Below are positions 28,114 through 37,502 of a stretch of 64,000 nt of DNA, one piece after another. The stretch is from Phototrophicaceae bacterium. Lineage in GTDB: Bacteria > Chloroflexota > Anaerolineae > Aggregatilineales > Phototrophicaceae. The notes below the pieces were generated by a model, which saw only the letters and a program-made list of their open reading frames with translations, was not told the DNA's origin and did not search any database. The stretch spans positions 606,845-670,844 of the forward strand of contig CBDCXQ010000001.1 of NCBI GenBank assembly GCA_965223835.1, in the 5' to 3' direction. How positions within the stretch are numbered: the stretch's first letter is position 1; each line of letters starts with the position of its first letter. The translations under genes were made by a program, and so were the position numbers.

Positions 28114-29016
28114 TTAGATCCCGGTTGTGTTCAGCGTGATCGCATACAACGAGGTCGTCGCCGTGATGAACAGGCGATTTTTGTCCGGCCCGCCGAACGC
28201 GCAATTGGCGATTTTTTCCGGCACAAGAATTTTGCCCAGCCGCTTACCCGTTTCGGTATAGACCTGAATGCTATCGGCTGAACTGGTGTAGAGCAGGCCA
28301 TTTTGATCGAAGCGGAAGCCATCGGCCATGCCGGGGTCAATCAGGCAGAAGGTGCGACTGTCCTTCAGCGATTTGCCATCCACCACATCGTAGACGCGAA
28401 TCTCACGCGGGACTTCCGGGTCATGCGATGCGCCGGTGTCAGCCACATACAGCCGTTGTTCATCGGGCGAAAACGCCAGACCGTTGGGCTTCACCATGTC
28501 ATCCACCACCAGCGTTGTTTCATTGCTTGCCGGATCATGGCGGAAGACGTAGCAGCCATCCAGGTCCGGCTCGGTGGCATAGCCTTCTTTGGTGCCTTCG
28601 AGAATGCCGTAGGGCGGGTCGGTGAACCAGATGGTGCCATCCGATTTGACGACGACATCATTCGGCGAGTTGAAGCGCTTGCCCTGATAATTATCGACGA
28701 CCGTGACAACGGTGCCATCAGCTTCGGTGCGACTGACGCGGCGGCCACCATGCTCACAGGTGACGATACGCCCCTGCAGATCGAGCGTGTTGCCGTTGGT
28801 GAAGTTGCACGGTTGGCGGAACGTCTCTACACTACCATCGCTTTCGTTCCAGCGCAGCATCCGGTTGTTGGGAATATCGCTCCAGATGACATAGCCCGCC
28901 GGGACATACACCGGCCCCTCGGCCCAGATGCAGCCCTCCGCCAGTTTTTCCAGTTTGGAATCTGGCAGCAGCAAATCGTTAAAATGCTCGTCAAAAATCT
29001 CAAATTGGTCAGACAT
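28114..29016 (-). CDS. SMP-30/gluconolactonase/LRE-family protein
   Basis: AEGPVYVPAGYVIWSDIPNNRMLRW, NGNTLDLQGRIVTCEHG and PNDVVVKSDGTIWFTDP. Confidence 0.85.
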   Translation of the reverse strand: MSDQFEIFDEHFNDLLLPDSKLEKLAEGCIWAEGPVYVPAGYVIWSDIPNNRMLRWNESDGSVETFRQPCNFTNGNTLDLQGRIVTCEHGGRRVSRTEADGTVVTVVDNYQGKRFNSPNDVVVKSDGTIWFTDPPYGILEGTKEGYATEPDLDGCYVFRHDPASNETTLVVDDMVKPNGLAFSPDEQRLYVADTGASHDPEVPREIRVYDVVDGKSLKDSRTFCLIDPGMADGFRFDQNGLLYTSSADSIQVYTETGKRLGKILVPEKIANCAFGGPDKNRLFITATTSLYAITLNTTGI

Positions 29017-29087
29017 GTTTATGTTCTCTTTGCATAAATAAGCGAATTTAGGATGCCCTCCATTTTACCGGGTTTCAGTAACTTTGT

Positions 29088-30203
29088 TTAATTTGTGCTT
29101 TGGTAGGGGCGTTCCAGCGCCGCGTGCCACACGTCCAGCACTGCACGGGGCTGACCATCGCCGGTGTAGAAGCCGGTATCGCGCCACACCGCTGCCAGAT
29201 CACCACCGCCGATTTGCTCATACAGTCGGTCATAATCGCGTAGTACGAAATTAACGATAAAGCGCACGTCATGTGCATCCGCTGCTGCCAGCAGGTCGGA
29301 GATGTAGTTCGCCTGCTTTTGTGGGTTACTGGGCATGACCAGCGTGTCGTTGAACACCGAAAGCGTCTCGGCGGGATACCCGGTCTCGGTGATGGCAATC
29401 GGCTTGTCGCTGAGCGCGAACAGATCTGTGAACAGGGTGTCAGGAAGTGGGGCGGTCATATAGCGCGTCATAAACGGATACAGCGAAATGGCGTAATAAT
29501 CGCTGAAGGGCATGAGGTCGGCGAAAGCGGCTCGCTGGGCGGCAGGGTCAGGTTCATCGCGGTAGCCTGTCAGCAGATCCACGCCAAACACCGAGGCGAA
29601 AATAGGCAGGTCAGGGTAATCCTGCTTCAGGCGCACATACGTCTCGTGGTGGAGTTCCAGATAGCCCGGCCAGTCCGCCGGATTGTTCGTGACCAGCAAA
29701 TTGACCTCAATGCCAATCGCCAGATAGTCGGGCTGGAAGAACTCGATTGCGCGAACCGCATGATTGTAAAAGGCGGTTTTAATGTCGGGATGGGTAAAAT
29801 CGTAGGTGTCCCAGGGTGCCGGCAGCGGCATATCACCTGCGCTACCCCGATACGGCGCTAAGCCATTGCGGTCAATGTTGATGGGGGTCAGCGACAGGAA
29901 CACCTCATGGTCGGGTGGGGTGCGTTCGATGCGGCCCTGCCAGTCACCGCGATATTCCAGGGCGTAATCATCGCCCGCCAGCGCTTCCGGCCAGGGAATG
30001 CCGTCGTCAAAATGGTGGGCGATGATGTCAGCATCAGTGGTGATGTGGTCATAAACCCAGTTGACGGCACTGAGGCTGATCTCGTACGGGAAGGGCGTAA
30101 ATCCCAGCCGATAATGACGTGGCGACGTGTTCTCCTGAGCGGCGATAGATTGAATACCGAGCAACAGGAAAACAACGATTAGAATCCAGCGGCGGTGATA
30201 CAT
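29088..30203 (-). CDS. Secreted hypothetical protein, clan GH-A-like TIM-barrel candidate
   Basis: Signal peptide MYHRRWILIVVFLLLGIQSIAAQ and a nucleophile-like motif KPIAITETGYPAE. Confidence 0.4.
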   Translation of the reverse strand: MYHRRWILIVVFLLLGIQSIAAQENTSPRHYRLGFTPFPYEISLSAVNWVYDHITTDADIIAHHFDDGIPWPEALAGDDYALEYRGDWQGRIERTPPDHEVFLSLTPINIDRNGLAPYRGSAGDMPLPAPWDTYDFTHPDIKTAFYNHAVRAIEFFQPDYLAIGIEVNLLVTNNPADWPGYLELHHETYVRLKQDYPDLPIFASVFGVDLLTGYRDEPDPAAQRAAFADLMPFSDYYAISLYPFMTRYMTAPLPDTLFTDLFALSDKPIAITETGYPAETLSVFNDTLVMPSNPQKQANYISDLLAAADAHDVRFIVNFVLRDYDRLYEQIGGGDLAAVWRDTGFYTGDGQPRAVLDVWHAALERPYQSTN

Positions 30204-30322
30204 GAGATTGGTCTTTCAATCGCTTCCTTTGCAGGCGTATACGATTGAAGCGTGAAAACGTTGCCCAGATCAGCATCACATCGCGAGATTTTCGTAAGCA
30301 ATCCATACACAATATACATCTG

Positions 30323-30342
30323 GCGACCAAAGACTACTGACT
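30323..30342 (-). repeat. Solo copy of the 20-nt core of the repeat that flanks the four-helix-bundle gene
   Basis: Minus strand AGTCAGTAGTCTTTGGTCGC here versus AGTCAATAGTCTTTGGTCAC at 37913-37932: 18/20 identical, same strand. It overlaps the TAG stop of the PLP-enzyme gene. Confidence 0.5.
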
Positions 30343-31452
30343 TAAAGCCTGCGCAAGATCAGCGATCAGGTCATCAGCGTTTTCCAGGCCAACGGATAGT
30401 CTAAGCAGATTCTCTGGCGTAGTCCCGGTTGTTTCGATGGAGGCCCGATGTTCGATCAGGCTGTGGGTTCCGCCAAAGCTGGTCGCCCTCGTAAACAACT
30501 TGACTTTCGCGGCGACTCCCATTGCTTCTTCCTGTCCACCCTTGACCTGAACCGAAAGCATCCCACCGAAGGCTTGCATCTGCCGCTGGGCGATTTCATG
30601 GCCGGGATGACTCGGCAAGCCGGGATAGAGTACGGATTCGACCTGGGGATGGTCGGCCAGGAATTGGGCCACTTTGAGCGCGTTATCGGCATGGGCACGC
30701 ACGCGGTAGGGCAGTGTTTGGATGCCGCGCAGGGTCAGCCAGCTCTCAAATGGCGAGGGGACCGCACCGCCGATCTTTTGAATCATGCGCAGGCGCTCGA
30801 ACAGTTCACTTTCTTCGCGGGCCACAACGATTCCGCCCAGCGCATCGGAATGCCCGGCCAGGTATTTAGTCGTCGCATGAATGACGAAATCCGCCCCCAG
30901 TGCCAGCGGTTGTTGCAGGACGGGTGTCGCCATCGTGTTATCGACTGCTAAGTACGCGTCGCCCGCGTGGGTGACAGCGGCGATCTTTTGAATGTCCGTT
31001 ACGCGAATCAGCGGATTGGTGGGTGATTCCAGGATGACCAATCTGGTATTGGGTTGGATAGCTTGGGCAACGGCGGTAGGGTCGCTGGTATCGACGAATG
31101 TGACATCGAGTCCCCAGGGGCCGAAGATGTCGGTCATGATGACGCGAATGCCGAAATACAGGTCACTGGATGAAACGACATGATCGCCCGCTTGCAACGC
31201 TTGCAACAGGCTCATGGTCGCCACGGAGCCAGACCCAAAGGCCGCGGCCTGAACACCGCCTTCCAGTTCGCACAGGGCGGTTTCCAGCGCTGTCCGGTTA
31301 GGGTTGCCATAACGCCCATACACATATTCCAGCGGGTAACTGCCGTCCGGGGCGCGTTCAAAGGTGGTGGAGAGGTAAATCGGCTGGGCGACTGCGCCAC
31401 TGGCCGGGTCGATATGGTGCCCGGCATGGATGGCCTGCGTTTCAATTTTCAT
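30334..31452 (-). CDS. Cys/Met-metabolism PLP-dependent enzyme (cystathionine gamma-synthase / beta-lyase family)
   Basis: MKIETQAIHAGH N-terminus and the PLP-lysine block HATTKYLAGHSD. Start ATG 31452 overlaps the upstream stop (ATGA); the track start at 31569 is an extension. Confidence 0.85.
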   Translation of the reverse strand: MKIETQAIHAGHHIDPASGAVAQPIYLSTTFERAPDGSYPLEYVYGRYGNPNRTALETALCELEGGVQAAAFGSGSVATMSLLQALQAGDHVVSSSDLYFGIRVIMTDIFGPWGLDVTFVDTSDPTAVAQAIQPNTRLVILESPTNPLIRVTDIQKIAAVTHAGDAYLAVDNTMATPVLQQPLALGADFVIHATTKYLAGHSDALGGIVVAREESELFERLRMIQKIGGAVPSPFESWLTLRGIQTLPYRVRAHADNALKVAQFLADHPQVESVLYPGLPSHPGHEIAQRQMQAFGGMLSVQVKGGQEEAMGVAAKVKLFTRATSFGGTHSLIEHRASIETTGTTPENLLRLSVGLENADDLIADLAQALSQ

Positions 31453-32027
31453 GAGGTTGCCTTTCGCTGATTGTATTCCCGGCGCAGCAGGCCGAACTGT
31501 TTGATATTGACGAAGCGGCCATGCTCCCAGCAGCTTTCGCGCCAGATGCCCTCCAGTTGAAAGCCGCATTTGAGCATGACACGCTCGGAAGCGATATTGC
31601 CTTCAGTGCAATCGGCCTGGATGCGGTGAACATCGAGGTTGTCAAAGCTCCATTGGATGACCGCATGGGCGGCTTCAGTCGCGTAACCCTGCCCCCAATG
31701 CGACGGCAGGATGTGATAGCCGATGTCGATATGGCGGTTATCACGCTCCCAGGCATAGTTGCCGCAGGTGCCAATTAATTGATCCGTTTCCGGCAGCGTG
31801 ATCGCCCATTGGACCGACTCCTGCTGATCAAAGGTGTCATTGAGCCAGTCGATCAATCCAATCGCTTTTTCAGGTGTATCTGTTGGCGATTGATTGAGAA
31901 AGCGGAGCACCTCCGGCGAACTGAATAGAGCCATCATCGCCGACGCATCGTCGTGACGGAAGCGGCGCAAACGGAGTCGCTCGGTCGTGAGGGTCGGAAA
32001 GGTGGAAAAATCAAAGCTGCTCGTCAT
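31449..32027 (-). CDS. GNAT N-acetyltransferase (RimJ/RimL-like)
   Basis: TTERLRLRRFRHDDASAMMALFSSPEV, WGQGYATEA and ASERVMLKCGF. Confidence 0.8.
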   Translation of the reverse strand: MTSSFDFSTFPTLTTERLRLRRFRHDDASAMMALFSSPEVLRFLNQSPTDTPEKAIGLIDWLNDTFDQQESVQWAITLPETDQLIGTCGNYAWERDNRHIDIGYHILPSHWGQGYATEAAHAVIQWSFDNLDVHRIQADCTEGNIASERVMLKCGFQLEGIWRESCWEHGRFVNIKQFGLLRREYNQRKATS

Positions 32028-32067
32028 GTGTTGTATTTTCCCTTGTCCGATCAATATATTCTCGGAA

Positions 32068-32087
32068 GGGCACAGCGCCCTGTGCCC
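32068..32087 (-). other. 8-bp perfect hairpin between pheT and the GNAT gene
   Basis: GGGCACAG-cgcc-CTGTGCCC read directly. There is no clear U-tract, so terminator function is doubtful. Confidence 0.3.
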
Positions 32088-32131
32088 CTACAGAAATCCT
32101 TTGCGATCTTTGAGCCTTTGCATTGAAAAAT

Positions 32132-34687
32132 CTATGCCCGCAGTTTTGCACCCAGTTGATGTTCGGCTGCCTGGACGATTTTTCGATGAACTTTGGCGAC
32201 TTCTTTGTCTGTCAGCGTCTTTTCATCGGTCTGGTACACCAGATTATACGCCAGACTCTTATGCCCGGCGGGAATCGGTTCACCAGCATAGACATCGAAC
32301 AGCCGCACCTCTTTGAGTAAATCACCACCAGCCTTGACGATCACAGATTCGACCTCAGTTGCGGTCGTCTGATCTGTGACGACCAGCGCGATGTCCTGGT
32401 AAACCGGCGGCGTCACCGGCGCGGGTTTAATGCTGAAGAACTGGTAGTTGATACGGCTCAGCAGCGCATCCAGGTCGAATTCAGCGACCATCACTGGCGC
32501 ATCGGTCAGGCCAAAGTTGCGGGCCACAATCGGATGCAGTTCGCCAAACGGCCCGATTTCCGCATTACCGACGCGCAATATCGCTGAACGGCCCGGATGG
32601 AAGGTCGGGTGAGCGGCACGGGTGAAGTTCACGTTGTCTACCTTGAGCGCCTCAATCAGGCCATCAACAATGCCCTTCAGATCGAAATAATCCAGCAGCG
32701 CATCAGAGACATCACCGGTCCACGTGACGGGCCGCCGCCTGCCGGTCAGCAGCATTGCCAACCGGCGCGGTTCATCCGGCAGCAGTTGCCCTTCGACTGG
32801 CAAATACACATTGCCGATTTCGAATACCTGTTGACTCTCGCGGAATCGGGCATTATGAGCGGCGATATACAGCAGGTTCGTCAACAGCGAATGGCGCATC
32901 ACCGTCTTATCCGGCGCGATGGGATTCGCCAGTTCAACATAGGGCAGAGTGTGATAACCCGCATCACGGTCCGGCGTTAAGAGTGCTTCGCTTTCGGGCG
33001 CGGTGAAGCGATGGCTGATGTTCTCCTGCAAGCCTAATGCCACCAACACATCACGGGTATGTTCTTCGGTTTCCAGCGCGATATTGGCCCATTGCGGTGG
33101 CATGTCATCCGACATGATCGTATCAGGAATTTGATCGTAGCCGTGAATGCGGGCAATCTCTTCAATCAGATCGGCCATGCCCGTAACCGGTTCGTCGCTG
33201 ATGTCCAGGCGATGGTCGGGGGTCACGACATGCAGGGTGTCGCCATTGATCGCCACGTCAAATTCCAGACGTTGGAGAATGGCCGCTGCCTCAGTGATCG
33301 CGAAATCCATGCCCAGAATGCGCTGCACTTCCGCAATGGGAAGATCAACCGCAACCGGTTCCGGCTTTAATGGATACTCGTCTATCACACCGGCAGCGAT
33401 CTGACCGCTACCCGTTTGCCGCATCAGTTCGATGCCGCGTTGGACACCTAGAATTGCCTGACTGGGATGCACGCCCCGGCTGAAGCGCACACCCGCGTCG
33501 GTAATCACCTTCTGCGATTGCATCGTGCGGCGGATATTAATGAAGTTCCAGTTCGCCGCTTCCAGCAATACGTTGGTGGTGTCATCTGAAATTTCAGTTT
33601 CTGCGCCACCAATGACCCCGCCGAGACTCAGAATACCAGCATCATCCAGCAGAATGATGTTATGGGGTTCCAGTTCGCGTTTGACTTCATCCAGCGTAGC
33701 CAGCGTTTCACCGGGCTGTGCCAACCGCGTGGTGATGGTCGGCGGTTTGCCACCCGACCGTTCCAGGAGCCTGTCATAATCAAAGGCGTGCAAGGGTTGA
33801 CCGAGTTCGAACGTGATGTAATTGGTCACGTCCACGATGTTGTTGATAGGCCGCTGCCCAACCAGTGTCAGTCGATGCTGCATCCATTGGGGCGAGGGCT
33901 GCACCTGCGTATTCCGCAGCAGCGTAAGGGTGAAGCGCTGGTTGTATTCTGGGCTTTCGATTTTAATGGCCGCCTGCCCCTTGATGCTCGGACCTTCCGC
34001 CACGAAATCATAGGAAGGATAGCGCATTGCTTTGCCCAGCAAGGCGGCAACTTCGCGGGCGACGCCGACGATGCTGAAGCAACGTGCCAGGTTGGGCGTC
34101 AGTTCAATATCGAGGATATAGTCGCCGAGGATGTCCTGGAACGGCGTACCGGGTACATAATCAGGATGATGATCCAACAGCAAAATGCCCTCATGCTCTT
34201 CTGAGATGCCCAGTTCTTTTTCCGAACACACCATGCTCCGGTTGGGAATGCCGCGCAGCGCCCGCTCCTTGAGGATCATGCGTTTGGGTTCATCGCTGTG
34301 CCCATCCCAGACCTCGGCCCCCTCTTTAGCGAACGGTGTCCACAGGGGGGTATCCAGCGGCCCTTGATCTTTATAGTCGAGCAAATTGGGTGCGCCGGTG
34401 ACGCATTGTTCGAGATCTTCGTCGCCATAATCGACCATTGCCAGCACGAGCCGGTCAGCATCGGGGTGTGACTTGACTTCGCGGATGGCACCCAGCAGGA
34501 TTCTCTTACGGTCCCATACCAGATGATCGGAGGGCGGCACGCGGATTCCTTCGACATGCTGCTGCGGGACACCAATGTAGCGGATTTCGCCGACTTCCAG
34601 TCCGGCCAATGTCAGTCGCTCGGCCAATAGTTCTACGGGGATGTCAATGTCAACATAGTCTTTCAGCCACGAAACGGGTACTAGCAT
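32132..34687 (-). CDS. pheT: Phenylalanine--tRNA ligase beta subunit
   Basis: MLVPVSWLKDYVDIDIPVELLAERLTLAGLEV N-terminus, 851 aa, with B3/4- and B5-type blocks. Confidence 0.95.
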   Translation of the reverse strand: MLVPVSWLKDYVDIDIPVELLAERLTLAGLEVGEIRYIGVPQQHVEGIRVPPSDHLVWDRKRILLGAIREVKSHPDADRLVLAMVDYGDEDLEQCVTGAPNLLDYKDQGPLDTPLWTPFAKEGAEVWDGHSDEPKRMILKERALRGIPNRSMVCSEKELGISEEHEGILLLDHHPDYVPGTPFQDILGDYILDIELTPNLARCFSIVGVAREVAALLGKAMRYPSYDFVAEGPSIKGQAAIKIESPEYNQRFTLTLLRNTQVQPSPQWMQHRLTLVGQRPINNIVDVTNYITFELGQPLHAFDYDRLLERSGGKPPTITTRLAQPGETLATLDEVKRELEPHNIILLDDAGILSLGGVIGGAETEISDDTTNVLLEAANWNFINIRRTMQSQKVITDAGVRFSRGVHPSQAILGVQRGIELMRQTGSGQIAAGVIDEYPLKPEPVAVDLPIAEVQRILGMDFAITEAAAILQRLEFDVAINGDTLHVVTPDHRLDISDEPVTGMADLIEEIARIHGYDQIPDTIMSDDMPPQWANIALETEEHTRDVLVALGLQENISHRFTAPESEALLTPDRDAGYHTLPYVELANPIAPDKTVMRHSLLTNLLYIAAHNARFRESQQVFEIGNVYLPVEGQLLPDEPRRLAMLLTGRRRPVTWTGDVSDALLDYFDLKGIVDGLIEALKVDNVNFTRAAHPTFHPGRSAILRVGNAEIGPFGELHPIVARNFGLTDAPVMVAEFDLDALLSRINYQFFSIKPAPVTPPVYQDIALVVTDQTTATEVESVIVKAGGDLLKEVRLFDVYAGEPIPAGHKSLAYNLVYQTDEKTLTDKEVAKVHRKIVQAAEHQLGAKLRA

Positions 34688-34781
34688 GATTTTGTCCTCA
34701 GCTTTCAGTTACGAGTTATCAGTCTACAGTTGCCAGTTAAAGCATCTGGTTGTTCACATCTGTACAAGATTTGTGCGCCGT

Positions 34782-36011
34782 CTATCGATCCAAATTGGGC
34801 ATTATGACATCCAGTATCTTGTCCGCGACGATCTCATTGCCACTGGGAGTCAGATGATTAAAGTCAATCCAGAGATCACCAGCCTGATTTTCCAACACGT
34901 TGCCCAGGTAATGGAGGTGATCGTTGGTGGCGGCGGCAGCTTCGGCCTGTGCATAAACCACCCGAAATAATTCTGGCAGGCCGCCCGGCATCTCCCAGAG
35001 GAAACGTTGTTCCTCATCTGTTGCTGGTTCGTCGTGCATCACCAGCACCGGTTGCCAGAAGGCGATAAACTCAAATTCATATTCATCTGCCAGTAGTGTC
35101 GCCGTGTTGATATTGGTCAGGTAAACTGCCATAATCGAGTCAATGAATTCTGTGCTGTACGATCCGAGTGCTGGCCCAACCTCATTTGTAGTCGGGTTGG
35201 CGACGATATTCTGCACCAGACGAAAAGTCGCGCTTTGGCGCAGCCATTCGACCAGAGGCGATGCTGGTGCGGCTTCGGCAGTTGGTGGACCGAACGCCAG
35301 ATTACCCTGTACCGCCTGCTCAATTGCGTCGAGATAAAAATGGGTGCCCGCCTCATTGGTGAGGTTGGCAATGGTGACATCATTCGCGCCGTCGTAGAAA
35401 ATCACCATGTCAGGTACATTGCCCTGCTGCAACTCCAGCAGCAACTTGATGATGCTCTGGGTCGAGTTGAAGGCGACATCAGCCTGATTAATCACGCAAA
35501 CGTTGGTATCCAGCCCTGCCAGACCAGCCTGTAAATAGGCCGGGATTGTGCCCCAGTCGGGCGATCCAAAACCCCACATGGTTGAGCCGCCAAACACGAA
35601 AATGCGGTAACTTTCGTCGCTACAGTTCGACTCTGGAGTTTGCCGGATGCCGTCCTGATTGATGTTGATATAATCACCCGTGAACGGCCAGGTGCGCCAG
35701 ACGATATACGGTTGGTAGTTCCAGTGATCGACGATTTGCATATGTTCGTCCCAGTAAGCTCGTGCCCAATCCTGTTCGTGATAATAGGCCAGCGACAATT
35801 GCTTCTGTTTGAACCTTTCCACTTGCTCGGCGATTGATGCTGCTTCCGGCTCTTGCTCGACCATTGTCAGCGCGAGGCTTGCACCCACTTCGATCACCAA
35901 CACGATGATAAGGCTATTCAGCAACATGATGCCCGTGATCTGATAGAGTCGAGCAACCCGCTGCCAGACTGCTGGCGGTGTGACTGGCGAAGCGCCATTG
36001 TCATTACTCAT
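34782..36011 (-). CDS. Membrane-anchored SGNH/GDSL-like hydrolase
   Basis: TM anchor ITGIMLLNSLIIVLVIEVGASLAL. SGNH-like blocks YRIFVFGGSTMWGFG, MVIFYDGANDV and a late DFNHLTP. ATG 36011 overlaps the channel gene stop by 8 nt. Confidence 0.6.
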   Translation of the reverse strand: MSNDNGASPVTPPAVWQRVARLYQITGIMLLNSLIIVLVIEVGASLALTMVEQEPEAASIAEQVERFKQKQLSLAYYHEQDWARAYWDEHMQIVDHWNYQPYIVWRTWPFTGDYININQDGIRQTPESNCSDESYRIFVFGGSTMWGFGSPDWGTIPAYLQAGLAGLDTNVCVINQADVAFNSTQSIIKLLLELQQGNVPDMVIFYDGANDVTIANLTNEAGTHFYLDAIEQAVQGNLAFGPPTAEAAPASPLVEWLRQSATFRLVQNIVANPTTNEVGPALGSYSTEFIDSIMAVYLTNINTATLLADEYEFEFIAFWQPVLVMHDEPATDEEQRFLWEMPGGLPELFRVVYAQAEAAAATNDHLHYLGNVLENQAGDLWIDFNHLTPSGNEIVADKILDVIMPNLDR

Positions 36012-36396
36012 CTTCGCTGTCTGTGTGCCTCGCCTCGTTGTCGTTGCGTTGTCGGAAGCCGGGCAGCAATGGCTGTTGATCGGCAATCAATGCGATGAAA
36101 CCACCCAGAATGCCCAGCCCGACCAGGATGTAGAACACCGTGAAGAGCTTGCCGCCACTGGTCTGAGGCGTCAGGTCGCCATAGCCGACCGTCGTCAGCG
36201 TTACGACCGTGAAATACAATGCATCAACCCATGACCAGTTCTCCACTACCCGGTAAAAAACCATGCCAGCTATCACCACAAAGACAGTGGTATAAACCAG
36301 TCCGCGCGTTTCCGGCTCTTTCAACGCTTGCCAGGCACCGCGCCGCACACGCCTGGACATGAGCCAGATGGCGAACAGGATTGGGATAACAGGCAT
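36004..36396 (-). CDS. Two-TM mini potassium channel (KcsA-like pore-only protein)
   Basis: Selectivity filter TLTTVGYGDLTP flanked by two TM helices; 130 aa with no RCK or other cytoplasmic domain. Confidence 0.8.
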   Translation of the reverse strand: MPVIPILFAIWLMSRRVRRGAWQALKEPETRGLVYTTVFVVIAGMVFYRVVENWSWVDALYFTVVTLTTVGYGDLTPQTSGGKLFTVFYILVGLGILGGFIALIADQQPLLPGFRQRNDNEARHTDSEDE

Positions 36397-36406
36397 GTAT
36401 GTGTTC

Positions 36407-37441
36407 CTAGAACTGCTCTAAAAAGCGCAGATCGTTGCCCCAGAAGTAGCGGATGTCTTCGATGCCGTGCTTCAACATGGTGGCGCGTTCTGGCCCCATG
36501 CCGAAGGCGAAACCGCTCCATTCACTGGGATCATAGCCGCCGTTGCGCAATACATTGGGATGCACCATGCCCGACCCGGCGATCTCCAGCCAACCCGTAT
36601 ATTTGCAGATGCGGCAGCCAGCGCCGCCACACAGAAAACATTCGACATCCACCTCCATGCTCGGTTCGGTGAAGGGGAAGTATGACGCACGGAACCGTAC
36701 CTGGACATCAGCACCATACATCCGCCGGGCGAACTCGGCAATCGTCCCCTTCAGATCGGTCATGCGAATGTTGCGCCCCACTGCCAGCCCTTCAACCTGA
36801 TTGAACTGGACCTCACTGCGGGCGGTGATTTGCTCAAAGCGATAGCACATCCCCGGCAAAATCACGCGGATGGGTTTGGTGCCGTTATCACCCAGTTCAT
36901 GCATTGCCCGGATCTGACCCGGCGAGGTGTGGGTACGCAAGATGACGTCCGATTTGGTCGTATAGAACGTGTCCTGCATATCACGTGCGGGATGATGGGG
37001 CGGGAAGTTCAAGAGTTGGAAGTTGTATTCATCGGTTTCGACATCGCGGCTGCGATACACCTGAAAGCCCATCTCCGCCCAGATGTCGGCGTACAATCGC
37101 AGCGTTTGGGTCGCTGGATGCAAGCCACCGGTTGTGCGCGGACGACCGGGCAAAGTGATGTCGATTTCCCCTTCTTCCAGATCCTGTGCGAGTTCCTGGG
37201 CAGCAACCAACGCTTGCTGGTTTTCCAGCGCAGTTGTCAGTAGATTCTTGATCTCGTTGGCGCGTTTGCCAAAGCTGGCGCGTTGCTCTGCTGGCAGCTT
37301 GCCGGTGCTGCGCAGCATGTTTGTGATCTTGCCGTTGCGCCCCAGGTATTCGATCTGCCACTCATGTAGCGTTTCGCTGTCGGTGATGGTTGCCAGCGCT
37401 TCCTGTGCTTCGACATAGTGTGTTTCCAGTTGTTCGAGCAT
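36407..37441 (-). CDS. pheS: Phenylalanine--tRNA ligase alpha subunit
   Basis: FPPHHPARDMQDTFY, YFPFTEPSMEVDV and GFAFGMGPERATMLKHGIEDIRYFW. Confidence 0.95.
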   Translation of the reverse strand: MLEQLETHYVEAQEALATITDSETLHEWQIEYLGRNGKITNMLRSTGKLPAEQRASFGKRANEIKNLLTTALENQQALVAAQELAQDLEEGEIDITLPGRPRTTGGLHPATQTLRLYADIWAEMGFQVYRSRDVETDEYNFQLLNFPPHHPARDMQDTFYTTKSDVILRTHTSPGQIRAMHELGDNGTKPIRVILPGMCYRFEQITARSEVQFNQVEGLAVGRNIRMTDLKGTIAEFARRMYGADVQVRFRASYFPFTEPSMEVDVECFLCGGAGCRICKYTGWLEIAGSGMVHPNVLRNGGYDPSEWSGFAFGMGPERATMLKHGIEDIRYFWGNDLRFLEQF

Positions 37442-37458
37442 GGTTAGTCTCCAGTTTT

Positions 37459-37484
37459 TAGTCTCTTGTCATTAGTCTCTTGTC
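37459..37484 (-). repeat. Downstream arm of the 26-nt inverted repeat flanking the four-helix-bundle gene (also two 14-nt tandem units)
   Basis: Minus-strand RNA UGACAAGAGACUAAUGACAAGAGACU. It can pair with 37900-37925 at 21/26 positions (19 Watson-Crick, 2 G-U), aligned by hand. Confidence 0.65.
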
Positions 37485-37502
37485 ATTAGTCATACTGTGT
37501 TA

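Noticed and set aside
28303-29037. 244-aa plus-strand ORF
   Set aside because: It is antisense across the whole gluconolactonase gene, which has strong family motifs. The Arg/Ala/Ile-rich translation is typical of a shadow frame.
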